A stretch of DNA of 55,098 bases from IMG/VR virus record IMGVR_UViG_3300021197_000270, positions 1-55,098 of that record; one strand, 5' to 3'. Positions within the stretch are counted from its first letter, which is position 1. Every line of letters begins with the position of its first letter. This document shows, piece after piece, positions 52,589-55,098 of the stretch. The notes below the pieces were generated by a model. That model saw nothing but the letters and a program-made list of their open reading frames with translations, searched no databases and was not told where the DNA came from. The position numbers and the translations under genes are program-made. Origin of the DNA: a virus. Its lineage: Duplodnaviria > Caudoviricetes.

Positions 52589-54577
52589 CTAGACCTGCCT
52601 ACCGAGCGCCGCTCCCGTTGGTGAAAGTCCCTGAATGCCCTGTGTCGGTTGTGGTGGATTGATTCCAACCGGTGGTGATGCATAAGGCTGCAAGACAAAC
52701 GGATTGATCTGTCCAACCTGTGTGGCCTGTGTCGCCGGCGTAAACAATGTCGGCAGACCAGTGGTCGGATTGATTACGAAGTCTGAACCAGGTGGATCTG
52801 GCTGTTGAATCAAATCATCTACGGGCTGACATACACCGTCACGCATCTGATACCCTTCAGGACACGGATCTGCCGTAGCCTGCTGCATCTGCTGACCGCC
52901 GTCACCACCCGTATCCGCTGGTGGATTGACCAGATTGGCAAATGGACCATCGTAGTTCGGATCCGGCATCCCAGAGTAAGTAACCATGCCAAAGCGGTTC
53001 ATGTTCAATGTGCCACGACCCGCCTGCGCTCCACTGATGGCGCCTGTCTCAGGATCCATGGTGCCGCCAAGCGAAAGCAACTGACCAGACTGGAACGCCG
53101 CCGTATCCTGCGCGGATGGCGCGTCACCGCCAAACAAGTTGGTAACGCCGCCTGATATGCCAGCAAGAGTCTGACCTGGAATGTTGCCCTCAAAAGGCTG
53201 ATCCGGTGTGCCGCGAAAATCACGATATACGTCAGCATAGAAGTCTTGAGCCGGAGTTCCCGCCGCAGCCTGCGCTCCCATCGGACCCGTAGGCGTGACA
53301 CCCGCTTGTTGAGTAGGCGTGCGAGAAGACGCCGCCGCCGCCGCTTGAATGCTCTGTTCAAGAGGCGAGAGTTCACGCTGGCCCAGACCAAGGTTGCTAC
53401 CCAAGCCTTCAAAAACACTTGAAACGGGAGCCGTAGTTACCGGAACCCGTGTCTGATTCACACCATCAAATCCAAAAGCTAATGCTGAATCCATAGCATC
53501 GGCAGTTGTCACATCAGTGCCTGTCACACCCCCTGTGACGGTTCTATCCAACTCCTGACCTGGGAAGTTAAGAGTAAAATCAATATTTTCAGGATTAGTG
53601 GAACGATCTACCAACTGTGGAGGTCCAGCCGCTCCAGCCTGACCCGTGGTCATGAAGTTCTGTGCCGCCGCCTGCTGTTGCCGCTGTGCCTGCAAATCAC
53701 GAACCGTGCCACCGGGTGTTGGTAGTGAACCAATCCCTGCCGAAGGACTTTGATCCGTGATCATTCCTGCATCAGCCGTAGCCATACGCGCCATGTTAGC
53801 CGGAGAAGTGCCTAGAACATTGGCCGCAGTTGCCTGCGAAGCAGACGCAATGCCCAAAGTATTCTGAATAGCCGAAAGCGCCTGTGCGCGTAAATCCATC
53901 TCCTGTTGCGCTCGAGCACGTTGAGCCTCTTGCCCCGCTGCCGGATCAAGATCAGTCTCACTAAAAATATCAATAAGATCCGGACCCTGAAGAGCACCGG
54001 TAACAGGATTCACAGTCCTACCCTGCATCGCCGCTTGAGCCGCACGTTGCCGAGAAACAGTGATGTTTTCTGCCGCCGCTTGATCAGGCGTCAAATTCGC
54101 AATGCGTGCAGTTTCAGGGTCCGTGAAGCCGGTGCCTGCCGGTTGCGTTATATCACCAATGCGTGGTGCTGCACCAGACATGCCTTGTGTGAAAGCAAGC
54201 TCGTCATCCAGACCCAACGCAGCAGGAGGCTGATCAATACGAGGAGCGCCAGCCAATCTGCCGGCAGCAGCCGCACGTTCTACTGCCGCTTGCTCCTTTT
54301 GAGCAACACTCGCCGCTAAATTCTGCGCGCTACGCGATAACGGATTGCCAGTCTGCGCCGCAAACTGCTGTTGCGCCATAGACCTTTCAAAGTCGTTGCC
54401 GGAAGTCACAACACTCTGCGTGCCATCACGATTGGTGGATGTTACAGGATTGCCGCTACTGTCAGTAACCGTGCCGGATCTTGCCGCCGCTTGCTCACGA
54501 GCACGCATTTCATTCGGATTAGAACGATCTGGAACATCGCTGCCAGCATCATTGCCGCTGTCTGTGCTTTCACCCAT
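52589..54577 (-). CDS. 662-aa low-complexity A/Q/G/T/P-rich protein, probably virion-internal
   Basis: Long ORF coupled to acyltransferase; CPEGY...G.C motif. Confidence 0.75.
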   Translation of the reverse strand: MGESTDSGNDAGSDVPDRSNPNEMRAREQAAARSGTVTDSSGNPVTSTNRDGTQSVVTSGNDFERSMAQQQFAAQTGNPLSRSAQNLAASVAQKEQAAVERAAAAGRLAGAPRIDQPPAALGLDDELAFTQGMSGAAPRIGDITQPAGTGFTDPETARIANLTPDQAAAENITVSRQRAAQAAMQGRTVNPVTGALQGPDLIDIFSETDLDPAAGQEAQRARAQQEMDLRAQALSAIQNTLGIASASQATAANVLGTSPANMARMATADAGMITDQSPSAGIGSLPTPGGTVRDLQAQRQQQAAAQNFMTTGQAGAAGPPQLVDRSTNPENIDFTLNFPGQELDRTVTGGVTGTDVTTADAMDSALAFGFDGVNQTRVPVTTAPVSSVFEGLGSNLGLGQRELSPLEQSIQAAAAASSRTPTQQAGVTPTGPMGAQAAAGTPAQDFYADVYRDFRGTPDQPFEGNIPGQTLAGISGGVTNLFGGDAPSAQDTAAFQSGQLLSLGGTMDPETGAISGAQAGRGTLNMNRFGMVTYSGMPDPNYDGPFANLVNPPADTGGDGGQQMQQATADPCPEGYQMRDGVCQPVDDLIQQPDPPGSDFVINPTTGLPTLFTPATQATQVGQINPFVLQPYASPPVGINPPQPTQGIQGLSPTGAALGRQV

Positions 54578-54986
54578 GCTTCAATCTCCAAGCATTACCC
54601 TGTCTACCATCAGGACGTTTCCAATACGCCACCTCATGATCGGTAACATCACTGAGGAACTGACGCATGTCTCTCGCAATATATAATACACTATCAACCG
54701 CCACCATGTCCATGACCCACAATTGATCGCCGCCAGTCCGTGCAAAAACATCACGACCACTGTACTTGCGCGTCTCCCCCTCCTCAAAAGTCATGTAACA
54801 CCATGTGCAAAAACCAACCAACGACCCGTCCCGCATGTAATATCGCACACGACCATGCTCAATCGCAGGAATGAAGCGGTAGCCAAGATCCCTGATCCGT
54901 TGGTCCCTGTACCACGGCGCACTGTCCAGTAACACACACATCCGACCAAACATCTCAAACGATTTTATATCAGAATTTTTTTCCAC
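54570..54986 (-). CDS. HlyC-like (RTX toxin-activating) acyltransferase
   Basis: IPAI..G......G..VGF.TW...G..LW..D..A pattern; GTG start at 54986 with AAGGAG (start uncertain). Confidence 0.7.
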   Translation of the reverse strand: MEKNSDIKSFEMFGRMCVLLDSAPWYRDQRIRDLGYRFIPAIEHGRVRYYMRDGSLVGFCTWCYMTFEEGETRKYSGRDVFARTGGDQLWVMDMVAVDSVLYIARDMRQFLSDVTDHEVAYWKRPDGRQGNAWRLKHG

Positions 54987-55098
54987 GCCCAGGGACTCCT
55001 TTAGGCATTCGTACAATTAATTTGTGGATCTTGCAACTTGAACCTTGGTCGAACAGAAAAACACGGGAATGAATCTACCCAACAAGGGCGGGTGGGTG

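Noticed and set aside
55017-55098. Terminal repeat matching the window start
   Set aside because: No direct or inverted match to positions 1-100 seen, so completeness and termini are unresolved

Overview
Near-complete ~55 kb genome of a tailed dsDNA bacteriophage with podovirus-type tail and ejection genes, resembling abundant uncultured marine phages; the host is not determinable from sequence alone. Layout: (i) 1-3.5 kb, plus-strand early cassettes with repeated promoters, RBSs and terminators; (ii) minus-strand PD-(D/E)xK nuclease and terminase small subunit, next to an inverted 9-mer repeat array; (iii) 4.9-10.2 kb, plus-strand accessory genes including a C5-cytosine methyltransferase; (iv) minus-strand XF1762/Mom-like gene and SNF2 helicase; (v) replication module (SSB-like, primase, AlpA/Xis-like, UvrD, DUF6378, PolA); (vi) 19.9-55 kb, minus-strand late region (lysozyme, ejection proteins, tail and fibres, capsid, scaffold, GroES, holin, portal, terminase large subunit, HlyC-like acyltransferase). 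No integrase, RNA polymerase, tRNA or CRISPR was seen. Most notable: an accessory protein carrying an exact, synonymously recoded 18-aa copy of the major capsid protein N-terminus; candidate anti-Shine-Dalgarno small RNAs complementary to the phage's own early RBS loops; an ArfA-like ORF with a terminator before its stop codon; a 32-aa ORF ending in the clamp-binding motif QLSLF; and an HlyC-like acyltransferase coupled to a protein with a single lysine. All family assignments come from motif recognition by eye, not database searches.
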